Shown here piece by piece: positions 29,911-40,826 of a stretch of 64,000 nt of DNA (position 1 is its first letter; each line of letters starts with the position of its first letter). The stretch covers positions 1,120,001-1,184,000 of the forward strand of contig CAVUDP010000001.1 of NCBI GenBank assembly GCA_963740315.1. The letters are read 5' to 3'. The translations under genes were made by a program, and so were the position numbers. The notes beneath the pieces were generated by a model. That model saw nothing but the letters and a program-made list of their open reading frames with translations, did no database searches and had not been told where the DNA came from. The stretch comes from an uncultured cyanobacterium (GTDB lineage Bacteria; Cyanobacteriota; Cyanobacteriia; Cyanobacteriales; Nostocaceae).

Positions 29911-30782
29911 AAAAAAAACATTGCAAACGTTTGCTTTTCGTCAGCGTTCCTATACCACGTGGCTAAAATCATAAACGCAAAAGGTTTATAATTTTAAGAA
30001 ATAATTAAACATTCATTCAAGTAAGGATTATAGCAAGATTAGCACACTAAAATTTGTCTTCTACTATAAGTAGTATTTCTAGGATAATATGTGTTTTTTT
30101 TGCAAAACAGCCTATTTACAAGGGATTCGGGGTATTAACAAACAATTAAATGTAAATAAATACTAAACGAAATTGCTAAAGATATAAGTATTATTTAACA
30201 CTACTTATTTTTTGTTCGTAGAAATACTAAAAGATGCTATGGTTGAAAATTTTTCTATTTCTATTTATTTGCTATTAAAAATAAAGCCTAAATTATTTGC
30301 CCAAATAGTTATATAGTTAAATTATTTTTAACTGATAAGTAAAAATTATCTACATAATAGAAAAATCAACTACTAAAAGCTTACTTTATATTCGATCGAG
30401 TAAACATATAAACTGATTTAAATTTTAGATATTAAAAAGATATTCCGGATCGTGAGTTAAATTGGCGCTATATGCTTTTGAGATCGTGCTTTAAATTTGT
30501 TTTAAATTCGGAGTCTCTCAGTAAAAATCATTGCTTCAAGGACGCATTTCAGTAAAAAATAAGATGCTCTAATATGAAAATAACTGTTGATATTACTGGA
30601 AATAAATTTCTCATAGTTAGTATTAGAAATACTAATGAAAATTCCAATTTAATCTTTAATCCTGACTGCATAATTGTTTCAAGGTCGTCACCAGTCTATA
30701 AATAATTTTTCTACATTGGTAAAATTTTTAGACTAGAAACAGACTAATATTTCATCAACAAGATGAATTATTATCAATAGAC

Positions 30783-31664
30783 ATGAGTAAATCAATTTTG
30801 TTAATCGGCACTAACGGTCAAGTCGGCACCCAATTACAACAAACGCTTCAACCTTGCGGCAGCTTGAAAGCAGTTGCACGCCCAAGAGTAGAACTTGCTC
30901 AACCTGAAACCCTCCGGGAATTAATTAGAGAAAATCAACCAGAAATAATCGTTAACGCTGCTGCTTATACTGCCGTAGACAAAGCCGAAAGCGAACCCAA
31001 ATTAGCCAACACAATAAACGCCACAGCCCCGATGGTTCTAGCTCAAGAAGCTGAAAAATTGCAAGCTCGGTTAATTCATATTTCTACTGATTACGTTTTC
31101 GATGGTAAGACTAGTTGTCCTTATCAAGAAGATGATTCAACTAACCCTTTAAGCGTTTACGGTAAAACCAAATTAGCAGGAGAACAAGCAATTCGTTCCA
31201 ATTGCAGCAACCATCTTATCCTTCGTACAGCGTGGGTTTATGGCACGGGAGGCAAAAGTAACTTTGTTAAAACCATGTTGCGGTTAGGAGCGCAAAAGCC
31301 AGAACTTAGGGTAGTCGCGGATCAAATCGGTAGCCCTACCGGGGCAAAAGACATCGCGCAAACCATAGCCACCCTAACTACCAAAACTCCACAAATAAAC
31401 GGCACTTACCATTACACCAACAGTGGCGTAGCCAGTTGGTACGACTTTGCGATCGCCATTTTTGAAGAAGCAAAACAGCTAGACTTTCCTTTGAAGATCG
31501 AGCGTGTCATCCCCATTACTACCAAAGAATATCCTACTCCCGCGACGCGCCCTAGCTATTCGGTTCTTAATTGTGCCAAAATATCTGCTGTCATGGAATA
31601 TCATCCACCTCATTGGCGACAAAGCCTTAGAGAGATGCTTCAAGAATTCCAAGTAAATCAATAA
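30783..31664 (+). CDS. rfbD: dTDP-4-dehydrorhamnose reductase
   Basis: GTNGQVG, NAAAYTAVDKAE, HISTDYVFDG, YGKTKLAGE, DQIGSPT. Confidence 0.97.
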   Translation: MSKSILLIGTNGQVGTQLQQTLQPCGSLKAVARPRVELAQPETLRELIRENQPEIIVNAAAYTAVDKAESEPKLANTINATAPMVLAQEAEKLQARLIHISTDYVFDGKTSCPYQEDDSTNPLSVYGKTKLAGEQAIRSNCSNHLILRTAWVYGTGGKSNFVKTMLRLGAQKPELRVVADQIGSPTGAKDIAQTIATLTTKTPQINGTYHYTNSGVASWYDFAIAIFEEAKQLDFPLKIERVIPITTKEYPTPATRPSYSVLNCAKISAVMEYHPPHWRQSLREMLQEFQVNQ

Positions 31665-31753
31665 TTAACGATCGATGAACAATTAACAAGGCACAAAGAT
31701 TTAGACTGCGGGCTTTTAACTAATTCAATGCCAATTCCCTATTTGCAAATTTT

Positions 31754-32830
31754 ATGAAAGCATTAATCCTCTCTGGCGGTAAAGGTACGCGACTGCGCCC
31801 CCTCACCTACACTGGAGCGAAACAACTCGTACCTGTGGCGAACAAACCGATTTTATGGTACGGCATCGAAGAAATGGTAACAGCTGGTATTACTGATATC
31901 GGTATCATTATTTCACCAGAGACAGGAGAAGAGGTTCAAGCCAAAACCGGAAATGGGGATAAATTTGGAGCTAATATCACCTACATTTTACAAGAGCAAC
32001 CGGCAGGATTAGCCCACGCCGTAAAAGTAGCCCGCCCTTTTTTAGAAGATTCACCTTTTGTGATGTACTTGGGTGACAATCTAATTCAACAAGGAGACTT
32101 GAGCTATTTTCTCAAACAATTTCAACAGCAACACCACGATGCATTGATATTATTGCGTACTGTTGATAATCCGAGCGCTTTTGGAGTGGCTAAAGTTGAT
32201 GAAAACGGCAAAGTTTTAGAGTTAATCGAAAAACCAAAAGTTCCCCCTTCCAATTTAGCTTTGGTGGGGGTTTATTTTTTTTCGGAAATAATTCATCAAG
32301 CCATTGGTTGCATTAAACCTTCTGCAAGGGGTGAATTAGAAATTACTGATGCTATTCAATGTTTGATTACTCAAAAAAAGCAAGTATTAGCCTGTAAACT
32401 TGAAGGATGGTGGCTCGATACGGGAAAAAAAGATGATTTACTCGAAGCTAATCGTTTAATTCTCGATACTAGCTTACAAACATTGATTTCTGGAAAAGTA
32501 GATGCTCAAAGTCAAGTAATTGGCAGAGTACAAATCGGTGCGGGTTCGTCAGTTATTAATTGTACAATTCGCGGTCCGATAATTATTGGAAATGACTGTC
32601 ATTTAGAAAATTGTTTTATCGGTCCTTATACTAGCATTGCGGACAAATCAACTTTAATAGATACCGAATTGGAACATAGTGTAGTTTTGGAAGGTGCGAA
32701 GATTTCCGGAATTCACCAAAGAATTATAGATAGTTTAATTGGGCAAAGGGCGCGAGTCACACTTGCACCCCGTCGTCCAAAAGCCTTACGATTTATGATT
32801 GGTGACGATTGTCACATTGAGCTATCGTGA
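31754..32830 (+). CDS. rfbA: Glucose-1-phosphate thymidylyltransferase (long form)
   Basis: ILSGGKGTRLRPLT, KQLVPVANKP, YLGDN, EKP, SARGELEITD. Confidence 0.95.
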   Translation: MKALILSGGKGTRLRPLTYTGAKQLVPVANKPILWYGIEEMVTAGITDIGIIISPETGEEVQAKTGNGDKFGANITYILQEQPAGLAHAVKVARPFLEDSPFVMYLGDNLIQQGDLSYFLKQFQQQHHDALILLRTVDNPSAFGVAKVDENGKVLELIEKPKVPPSNLALVGVYFFSEIIHQAIGCIKPSARGELEITDAIQCLITQKKQVLACKLEGWWLDTGKKDDLLEANRLILDTSLQTLISGKVDAQSQVIGRVQIGAGSSVINCTIRGPIIIGNDCHLENCFIGPYTSIADKSTLIDTELEHSVVLEGAKISGIHQRIIDSLIGQRARVTLAPRRPKALRFMIGDDCHIELS

Positions 32831-33708
32831 TTTATTTTCTAACCGTTAACTACTATTCAACAGAACTGATTGCGAAATTAATCGGTTCTCTACCTGTTGC
32901 TGACAATTTTGAATACAAAGTTCTAATCGTCAACAACTCGGCTGATGATGATTCGATTAAAAAACTTGAGAATGAATCCGTTGAAGTTCTTGATGCTGGA
33001 TACAATATGGGTTTTGGTTGTGCCTGTAATTTTGGGATGAAGTGGATTTATAGTCTAGATTCCCAAGCAGTGGTTTGGATAATTAATCCAGATGCTTATT
33101 TATTAGATAATTCTTTAGAAAAAGTTAACCGATTTTTCCAGTCATATCCAGAAATTTCCATTCTCGGTACGATCGTTCATACCCCAAAAGATGAAATTTG
33201 GTTTGCTGGAGGAAGCTTTAGCCCTAAAACCGGAACAATTAAGACTCAAGATTTATTAACAAATACAGATGCCCCCTATATCGCTTGCGATTGGGTTTCC
33301 GGCTGTAGCCTAATAGTTAATCTACGCAATTTTTACGATTGTCCGCAATTTGATGATGCTTACTTTCTCTATTACGAAGATTTTGATTTTTGCAGACGCT
33401 ATGCAAATCAAGGATATTTAATTGCAATAACTAAAAACTTTGGCGTGCTACACCAGCCTTCATCAATTACAAATAGATATGTTTTCCAGAAAATAAAACA
33501 TAGTACCTACAGCTATCTATTAACTTTAGAAAGATATACGAATGATTTTACTTTTATAATTAGACTTGTTCGTCTGGCTATCTTTGCCTTATTCTTAACT
33601 ATCATTAGACCTCAAGTAGGATTCGGTAAATTCTACGGTCTATTAATGTATAGTAAGCAGGTATCTCAAAGAACCAAGACAAAGCCATTGTACCAGGTAA
33701 TTAACTAA
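32827..33708 (+). CDS. GT2 glycosyltransferase (WbbL-like)
   Basis: VNY, NMGFGCACN, INPDA, WVSGC, YFLYYEDFDFC; GTGA overlap with rfbA. Confidence 0.88.
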   Translation: MIYFLTVNYYSTELIAKLIGSLPVADNFEYKVLIVNNSADDDSIKKLENESVEVLDAGYNMGFGCACNFGMKWIYSLDSQAVVWIINPDAYLLDNSLEKVNRFFQSYPEISILGTIVHTPKDEIWFAGGSFSPKTGTIKTQDLLTNTDAPYIACDWVSGCSLIVNLRNFYDCPQFDDAYFLYYEDFDFCRRYANQGYLIAITKNFGVLHQPSSITNRYVFQKIKHSTYSYLLTLERYTNDFTFIIRLVRLAIFALFLTIIRPQVGFGKFYGLLMYSKQVSQRTKTKPLYQVIN

Positions 33709-33878
33709 ATATGATGTATTTTATTTAACTTATAGTTAGTTGATTTTAGTTAGTATAGAATCCAAATCATAATGTTTTAGCACAAAGATGCTCTTAATAA
33801 TTACGTAAAATTACTATATCAATTAACAACTAGTAATGCTGTCTTTTATTTTACAAATAACTGGTAAATTCTAAATAT

Positions 33879-34970
33879 ATGAACGAATTACTAGTCAATT
33901 TATCAGTTGTTTTTTCTAAGCCTACAGGTATAAGTAACTATGCAACTAATCTTTTCCCTTATTTAAAGCAACTTCAACCCACATTATTAACCAGCAGCAA
34001 CTATCCGAACTATAATTGCTATCCCATACCAGATAAACTGACACCCGCTCAAGGTACAAAAGGGCATTTTGACAGACTTTTATGGACGCAGTTTAAATTA
34101 CCGCAAATAAGCAGGCAACTTAAATCTAAGCTTTTATTTTCTCCACAACCCGAAGCGCCTCTGTATTCTAACTGTCGCTACATCGTTACCGTACATGATG
34201 TAATACCTCTACGCTTTCCCAATTCATTGCCGCTAAAATATTATCACCGTTACTATATTCCTCAAGTACTGGCACAAGCGCAGCACATAATCTGTAATTC
34301 CAACGCTACAGCAACAGATATTTGTGATTTTTATAACATTGCGGCTAGTAAAATTACGCCTATTCTATTAGCCCATGATGCAAATAATTTTCGTTTACTC
34401 CCTGAAGTCAGGAAAAATAACAAAAATCATCCCTACTTCCTTTATATAGGTAGACATGACTCGCATAAAAACTTACACCGAGTTATAGCGGCTTTTGCCA
34501 AGTTAAAGCAAATAAGCGATCGCAAAGACTACGAATTATGGTTTGCAGGTTCATCCAACAAACGTGATACCCCTAAATTGCATTCTCAAATTGAAGAATT
34601 AGGTATTAAGCATCAAGTAAAATTTCTTGACTACGTTAGCGATCGAGAATTACCGATAATTATTAATCAAGCCATTGCCTTAGTTTTTCCCAGTCTTTGG
34701 GAAGGTTTTGGTTTTCCGGTTTTAGAAGCAATGGCTTGCGGTACTCCCGTAATTACTTCTAATCTTTCCTCCCTACCCGAAGTTGCTGGCGATGCTGCTA
34801 TTAAGGTCGATCCTTACAAAACCAACGAAATTACCCAAGCAATGCAACAAATTGCTACCGATAAAGAATTGCGATCGCATCTTTCCGTTGAAGGCATAAA
34901 GCAAGCCAGTAAGTTCAGTTGGGAGAAAACAGGACAAGCCACCACCGAAGTATTAAAAAAATATTGTTAG
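33879..34970 (+). CDS. GT4 (group 1) glycosyltransferase
   Basis: [40 protein letters not shown]. Confidence 0.93.
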   Translation: MNELLVNLSVVFSKPTGISNYATNLFPYLKQLQPTLLTSSNYPNYNCYPIPDKLTPAQGTKGHFDRLLWTQFKLPQISRQLKSKLLFSPQPEAPLYSNCRYIVTVHDVIPLRFPNSLPLKYYHRYYIPQVLAQAQHIICNSNATATDICDFYNIAASKITPILLAHDANNFRLLPEVRKNNKNHPYFLYIGRHDSHKNLHRVIAAFAKLKQISDRKDYELWFAGSSNKRDTPKLHSQIEELGIKHQVKFLDYVSDRELPIIINQAIALVFPSLWEGFGFPVLEAMACGTPVITSNLSSLPEVAGDAAIKVDPYKTNEITQAMQQIATDKELRSHLSVEGIKQASKFSWEKTGQATTEVLKKYC

Positions 34971-35052
34971 TTGTTAGTTGTTAGTTGTTAGTTGTTAGTT
35001 GTAAAACTGGTAACTGGTAACTCCTAACTCCTAACTCCTAACTCTTAACTCC
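34966..35052. repeat. Heptamer tandem repeats (GTTAGTT, ACTGGTA, AACTCCT)
   Basis: Three consecutive short heptamer arrays between convergent genes. Confidence 0.8.
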
Positions 35053-35062
35053 GGTGGTAAAT

Positions 35063-36832
35063 TTACGGTGTTCCGACTGCGCCGGAGTAAACTACACCAC
35101 GTTGTATATCCATAGTTAAAATAGCTCCATCTCCAATAGTTTGAGTTGCATTTTTAACACCTACAATCACGGGTACTCCGAGACGTAAGCCAATTACAGC
35201 AGCGTGAGAAGTAAGACTTTCTTCCTCAGTAATAATACCGCTAGATTTGCGAATTGCTTCGACAAAATCCGCAGTTGTACGTGGGGCAACTAAAATCTCT
35301 CCGGAATTAAAATTATTTAAATCCGTGCCGCTATGAGCCACCCGTGCGCGACCTGTGACCAAACCTTGCCCAAGTCCTATACCTTGACCGAGTACGGCAG
35401 TTACAATTTCAACTTTAACCAAATCTGTTGACCCGGAAATCCCTTGAAGAGTACCGGCGCTCATGACGACTAAATCGCCTTCTTGTAATAAGTTTTTTTC
35501 TTGAGCAACATTGATTGCTGCTTGAAAGGTTTGACCAGCCGAAGGTAATTCTAAAACTAATAAAGGCTTGACTCCCCATACTAATTGCAGCTGTCTAGCT
35601 ACGTTGACATGGGGTGTGACTGCCAAAATTGGAGTACGAGGACGGAATTTAGAAACGTTACGAGCGGTAGCACCACTTTGAGTAAGAGTCATAATTGCAG
35701 CAGCTCCGAGTTGCTGGGAAATCTGACCTACTGCTTGGCTTATAGCATTAGGAATGGAACGTCTGGGGTCTGGTAATTGATTTGCATTTTTGTCTTGCAT
35801 ATCTTCTTTTTCCATGCGTTCGGCAATCCGTGCCATTGTTGCTACGGCTTCTACCGGGTATTTACCTACGGCAGTTTCATTGGAAAGCATTACCGCATCC
35901 GTACCGTCTAAGATTGCGTTGGCTACATCCGATACTTCCGCCCTGGTCGGACGGGGATTGCTAACCATACTGTCTAACATTTGGGTAGCGGTAATGATGG
36001 GAATACCCAAACGGTTTGCAGTGGCAATCAAACGCTTTTGTAAGACGGGGACATCTTCAGCTGGAAGTTCTACCCCTAAATCTCCTCTGGCGACCATTAC
36101 ACCATCGCACAAAGCCAGAACCGCTTCCATTTGTTCAATAGCTTCGTGCTTTTCGATTTTGGCAATTACTGGTACTTGCTTTCCAGCGCTAGAAATTAAT
36201 TCCTTAATTTCAATCACATCTTGGGGGTTGCGGACGAAGGAAAGTGCTACCCAATCCACACCTTGGTCTAAACCAAATACTAAATCCTCGCGGTCTTTAT
36301 CAGTTAGCGCCTTGATAGATAAATAAACACCGGGGAAATTAACACCTTTATTGTTAGAAAGCTTACCTTCAACCGTAACGCGACAATGCAAATCGCCTTT
36401 TTCCTTATTTACCTCCTCAACCTGCATTTCAACTCGTCCATCATCGAGCAGAATATTCGCACCAACGGGGACTTCCTCAGCTAAACGGTCGTAGGTGATG
36501 CAGCTAATTTCCTGAGTACCGACAACCGGGCGGTTTGTCAAAGTGAAGCGATCGCCTTTAGCGATAACTATCGACCCATTTTCAAACTTACCCAAACGAA
36601 TTTTGGGATCCTGCAAATCTTGCAGAATCGCCACTGGTTTATTTAATTCAAATGCTGTTTGCCGAATCAACCGAATATTGCGTTGATGGTCGGCATGAGT
36701 TCCATGAGAGAAATTAAGCCGCAGCGTTGTTGCACCTGCTTCGATGAGAGCCTTAAGGACTTCAGGGCTGCTGGTAGCAGGTCCAATCGTAGCGACAATC
36801 TTTGTCCGGCGTACTGAATCTCTTAGTTCCAT
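35063..36832 (-). CDS. pyk: Pyruvate kinase with C-terminal PEP-utilising-like domain
   Basis: RRTKIVATIGP, RLNFSHG, IAKIE, MVARGDLGVE, TQMLDSM, PTRAEVSDVANA, MLSNETA, SHAAVIG. Confidence 0.97.
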   Translation of the reverse strand: MELRDSVRRTKIVATIGPATSSPEVLKALIEAGATTLRLNFSHGTHADHQRNIRLIRQTAFELNKPVAILQDLQDPKIRLGKFENGSIVIAKGDRFTLTNRPVVGTQEISCITYDRLAEEVPVGANILLDDGRVEMQVEEVNKEKGDLHCRVTVEGKLSNNKGVNFPGVYLSIKALTDKDREDLVFGLDQGVDWVALSFVRNPQDVIEIKELISSAGKQVPVIAKIEKHEAIEQMEAVLALCDGVMVARGDLGVELPAEDVPVLQKRLIATANRLGIPIITATQMLDSMVSNPRPTRAEVSDVANAILDGTDAVMLSNETAVGKYPVEAVATMARIAERMEKEDMQDKNANQLPDPRRSIPNAISQAVGQISQQLGAAAIMTLTQSGATARNVSKFRPRTPILAVTPHVNVARQLQLVWGVKPLLVLELPSAGQTFQAAINVAQEKNLLQEGDLVVMSAGTLQGISGSTDLVKVEIVTAVLGQGIGLGQGLVTGRARVAHSGTDLNNFNSGEILVAPRTTADFVEAIRKSSGIITEEESLTSHAAVIGLRLGVPVIVGVKNATQTIGDGAILTMDIQRGVVYSGAVGTP

Positions 36833-37257
36833 AGGGGGCTGCTATATCACGCTTCTAGCTTAGGCAATAATCGTAGATTAAACCGGAACCTTTGTCTGTG
36901 GCTAGAAACGCATTTCACAGAAAATAAAATTCGCAAACTTTAAAAATTCTCTCATAATCTTCGATCGTTACACCTTTTTATTAAGGAATGGGCGATCGGT
37001 AATCGGTAATCGGTAATGGGGAGAAAGAAAGAGAGAGAAAATTAACTTACCAATCCCTAATGCCCAATGCCCAATGCCCAATCCCCAATTACCAATTACC
37101 AATGCTCAATTCCCAATTTCTAATGCCCTGGTAACGAATAACTGTTGACTGATAACCAATAAATGTAAAAATGTAGATAAATGTTGATACACAAAACTTT
37201 ATTATTCGTCAGTCTGTGTCGTATACTCGCAAATATTTGAAAAACAAGGAGTTGGCA

Positions 37258-38148
37258 ATGCTGACGTTGGAGGCACCCAAGCAACCGATAGTCCCTCCCA
37301 AGGAACTTTTGTCTCCGGCGGGTGGTTTCAGTCCTACCCTGCTAATGTTTTTAGCAACTCTTGGAATCGTCGTGCTGTCTGCACTGGGTTATTGGGTTTG
37401 GCAATGGCAAGCGTGGATATGCTTCTGCATGAATGTTGTTGCCTTGCATATCGCTGGTACGATAATTCATGATGCTTGCCACCAGGCTGCTCATCGCAAT
37501 CGAATCATTAACGCTGCTTTAGGACACGCTAGTGCTTTGATGCTTGTTTTCGCATTCCCGGTATTTACGCGAGTGCATTTACAACATCACGCGAATGTTA
37601 ACGATCCAGAAAACGATCCAGACCATTATGTGTCTACAGGTGGTCCGCTGTGGTTAATTGCGGTTCGTTTTTTCTATCACGAGATATTTTTCTTTAAACG
37701 ACGTTTGTGGCGCAAAAACGAACTTATAGAATGGTTCATAAGTCGCCTTATAGTCATAACTATCGTTGCTGTCTCAGTACAATTTCACTTTTTAGGCTAC
37801 ATTCTTAATTTTTGGTTTGTACCATCAGGTATTGTTGGGCTAGCACTTGGTTTATTTTTTGACTATTTGCCCCATCGTCCTTTTGTAGAACGCAGTCGCT
37901 GGAAAAATGCTCGCGTTTATGCCAACCCGATTCTAAATATCTTGATTTTAGGACAAAACTATCATCTGATTCATCACTTGTGGCCCTCCATCGCTTGGTA
38001 TAATTACCAACCTACATACCGGATAATGAAGCCGCTTTTAGATGAAAAAGAATGCCATCAATCATTAGGTTTACTTAAAAAGAAAGATTTTCTTGAATTT
38101 ATGTACGACTTAGTATTAGGAATTCGCTTTCATCCGAAGAAAGAATAA
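37258..38148 (+). CDS. crtR: Beta-carotene hydroxylase
   Basis: HDACH, RVHLQHH, DPENDPDH, FFDYLPHRPF, QNYHLIHHLWPS; AAGGAG RBS before ATG 37258. Confidence 0.93.
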   Translation: MLTLEAPKQPIVPPKELLSPAGGFSPTLLMFLATLGIVVLSALGYWVWQWQAWICFCMNVVALHIAGTIIHDACHQAAHRNRIINAALGHASALMLVFAFPVFTRVHLQHHANVNDPENDPDHYVSTGGPLWLIAVRFFYHEIFFFKRRLWRKNELIEWFISRLIVITIVAVSVQFHFLGYILNFWFVPSGIVGLALGLFFDYLPHRPFVERSRWKNARVYANPILNILILGQNYHLIHHLWPSIAWYNYQPTYRIMKPLLDEKECHQSLGLLKKKDFLEFMYDLVLGIRFHPKKE

Positions 38149-38149
38149 A

Positions 38150-38271
38150 TAGGGAATGGGGAGTAGGGAGTAGGGAATAGGGAGATGGGGAGATGGGGAG
38201 ATGGGGAGATGGGGAGATGGGGAGATGGGGAGATGGGGAGATGGGGAGATGGGGAGATGGGGAGATGGGGA
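38150..38271. repeat. 7/8-nt tandem repeat (GGGGAGAT)n, STRR-like
   Basis: About 11 GGGGAGAT units; related tracts at about 11920-11992, 13573-13607, 43852-43925, 44516-44630, 51415-51451, 52513-52570 and 60670-60752. Confidence 0.9.
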
Positions 38272-38399
38272 GAAGAGAACTCTTGAGGCTCTTAAGGCAA
38301 TTGATTTTTTTACTAGAAAACTAATTATTTATTTTCTCCCTCCGCTTCCTCCGCTTCCTCCGCTCCCTCCGCTTCCTCCGCAATATCATCTCCTAACTT

Positions 38400-38684
38400 C
38401 TAAATGTCGCTAGATATACTTTGAGCCTGTATAATTTCGGTATGAGCGGTGAATTGTAATCTGTTTAAAGATTCAGTGAAAAACACAAATCCTTTGTAGG
38501 CAGTTGCGTACTTGTAAATTTTTGTGAAAAATCCTTCCGCTGTTTCAACCACCAACGGTTCTTCACTTTTAGAGACAATTGTCATAAAATCTTCAGACTT
38601 GATCCGAACTCCCGTACCTCGGTCAGTAAAGATTCTTCCGCCAATAGCTGCGGGTTGAGTTGTGTCACAATTGTCAAATTGCAT
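38400..38684 (-). CDS. Hypothetical protein
   Basis: 94-aa ORF co-oriented downstream of aroH with protein-like composition (YKYATAYKGFVFFTES). Confidence 0.6.
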   Translation of the reverse strand: MQFDNCDTTQPAAIGGRIFTDRGTGVRIKSEDFMTIVSKSEEPLVVETAEGFFTKIYKYATAYKGFVFFTESLNRLQFTAHTEIIQAQSISSDI

Positions 38685-38722
38685 AATAATTTAAGTATTT
38701 TCACATAGAATATTCGTACATT

Positions 38723-39136
38723 CTACACTTTCGATTCTACTGTTGACTGTGATGCTTGTAACGGCTGAGGTAAATTCCAGTCAGGACGAAGTTTAGCAGC
38801 ATGACGTAAATAGATATGGCTTATGGTGGAATTCGATTTGATATAGGCATGAACTAAAATCCGAATGCACTTTTCTAAGCTTCCCGGAACGTACATTTGC
38901 TGTACATCTATCATTGGAACACTATCCCAATCCGGACGATAACGAGCGATCGCTGCGGGAAAAGTAGCATCTAAATCGGATGTTACCGCGAAGGTAACGC
39001 TAATCATGTCCGTTGGATGCAGTTGATTGCGTTCTTCAAGTTCGTCTAATATTTCCATTACGGCTTCTTGCATCGCTTCAACCGTATTTTCTGAAACAGT
39101 TGTTGCTCCTCGGATTGCCTGCATTCGCAATTCCAC
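38723..39136 (-). CDS. aroH: Chorismate mutase, AroH class
   Basis: AIRGATT, DLDATFPA, QQMYVPGSL-x-KCIR, HIYL...LRPD; AGGAGA RBS favours GTG 39136 (ATG 39142 possible). Confidence 0.93.
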   Translation of the reverse strand: MELRMQAIRGATTVSENTVEAMQEAVMEILDELEERNQLHPTDMISVTFAVTSDLDATFPAAIARYRPDWDSVPMIDVQQMYVPGSLEKCIRILVHAYIKSNSTISHIYLRHAAKLRPDWNLPQPLQASQSTVESKV

Positions 39137-39215
39137 GCTCATATTTCTCCTAATTAAGACATCGGTCATTAGTTATTATTCTTGAGCCACTCTCATGTAA
39201 GGCAGACACTGAGAT

Positions 39216-40742
39216 TCAGGCATTACCTTCTAACTTGTCGCTCTTAGAAGCTATCTGGTTAGAGGTTAGCACTTTGATAAAGACAGATTCAGAGGAATTA
39301 TGACTATTCCTACGTTCGGACTTGCCTACTTGATTTATCTGTTGTTGATATTGCTCCCATGCCTCTATTAAGCACGGTTCCATACTCGGATACTCCATAG
39401 AAGCATCCAACAATGAGAGCTTATCGCCATAGACATATCTACTCAGAAATGCGCTAAATAAATCTCTATGCATAATGTAACCCATAGCTACATCATGATG
39501 AACTCTTTGAGAAAGTGATTTTTGGATGCGTACACCATTCAAATGAGTTTGAGATAGTGCAGTTTTTTGAGTAGAAAACTTTATGAATTGCCCGCCAGCA
39601 CTTTCAGCCTTACGAGCTAATTCTGATTGGAAAAAACCTGGAGACTTGGCGGATATAGCCAAGCCATATCTTTTCTGCCAGCCTTTTATGCTTACATTTT
39701 CGGTTTTAATTTGATTACCGTGACGCAATATTTCATTAACTAACTTACGATTTTGCCCTACCGTGTAACTTGATTTACGTCTTTCTAGCTCTGCTTTCTT
39801 AGCTGCATGGGCGCGATAATTGCGAGTTTTTACCCATTGCTTTTTACCTTTTTTAACCTTACCTTTTTTGCGGACAATTCTATTACCAACCTTCCGATCG
39901 AAATCTGCTTCAAAGTTCTCTGGATTATGCAATCTTTGAGAACGTTGCATTTTGCGTTGTAAGGCTTTTATCTCACGCTCAAATGTAGGTACGTTCTCGG
40001 CAAAGGGAAGTAAACCAGCTTTATCGTCAGCAACAAACGCAATATTAGATATATTTACATCAATGCCGATTACACCTTGACTCACATAGTTTTGAGGCTT
40101 TTGGTATGGTAAACCTTCATTGATAAGTTGTACGTACCAGCGACGCTTGCCGTTAATTATTCTCCATAAAATACGGCAATATTTAATAGGTGAGTTCAAT
40201 CCGTGAGCAATTACTGGATTTTTCCAGTCAACGATCGGATTAATTATTAATTTCTTCCACAGCAATTGATTGCTGATAAATCTAATTCCTGTTGCATTGG
40301 ATTGCCCTTCAATAGAATGAAATCTATTAGTTGTTTTGAACCGAACGCTTCTAGCAAGTCCAAATAGAATTTTTTCTACAGCCTTAAAAGCTCTTGTCCC
40401 AATGGTTTGTTTTTCATGTGCGCCTAGTTTGTCAGCTATCCACTTGCTGCTATTCGCTGTCTGAGTAGCAAAGCTTTTTAGTGCAAAATCGGTAAATCGA
40501 GATTGCGTTCTCGCTTCAACAAATAACTCTTTACGCTCCGACTTTTCGGATTTTTTCAATTTACTAGCTTTTTCGTATGGCTCGGAATTCCGCATCTGCT
40601 GTAAACGAATTAACGATTCAGACAGGCAAGCATTATAAAGTTGCCTTGCTGCCTGCATCCTTGCTAATAATTCCTTTTCTTGCAAACTATCTACTTTTAG
40701 CGGTAATTCAGTTATGAATGATGATGTTTTGCTCGCCCGCAT
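39216..40742 (-). CDS. tnpB: TnpB-family RNA-guided nuclease, large (508 aa)
   Basis: FITELPL...AARQLYNACL N-terminus; RFK; RuvC-I GIDVN, RuvC-II IKTENVS, RuvC-III HRDLFSA; GGAGGTG RBS before ATG 40742 (the ORF-track start 40913 overlaps the divergent gene). Confidence 0.85.
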   Translation of the reverse strand: MRASKTSSFITELPLKVDSLQEKELLARMQAARQLYNACLSESLIRLQQMRNSEPYEKASKLKKSEKSERKELFVEARTQSRFTDFALKSFATQTANSSKWIADKLGAHEKQTIGTRAFKAVEKILFGLARSVRFKTTNRFHSIEGQSNATGIRFISNQLLWKKLIINPIVDWKNPVIAHGLNSPIKYCRILWRIINGKRRWYVQLINEGLPYQKPQNYVSQGVIGIDVNISNIAFVADDKAGLLPFAENVPTFEREIKALQRKMQRSQRLHNPENFEADFDRKVGNRIVRKKGKVKKGKKQWVKTRNYRAHAAKKAELERRKSSYTVGQNRKLVNEILRHGNQIKTENVSIKGWQKRYGLAISAKSPGFFQSELARKAESAGGQFIKFSTQKTALSQTHLNGVRIQKSLSQRVHHDVAMGYIMHRDLFSAFLSRYVYGDKLSLLDASMEYPSMEPCLIEAWEQYQQQINQVGKSERRNSHNSSESVFIKVLTSNQIASKSDKLEGNA

Positions 40743-40826
40743 TGGTATCACCTCCGGTGACGCTACGAAGTCCGACCTTTCAAATGTGTCATAACTAGTA
40801 TAGCCGTTAGTGAACACACTGTTAAT

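Noticed and set aside
35585..36326. Plus-strand ORFs within pyk (and similar antisense ORFs in mlaE, hemE, der and pipY)
   Set aside because: Fully antisense to well-conserved genes, with no independent motifs.
38201..38413. 70-aa ORF MGRWGDGE...
   Set aside because: It is a translation of the GGGGAGAT and CTCCGCTTC tandem repeats, not a credible protein.
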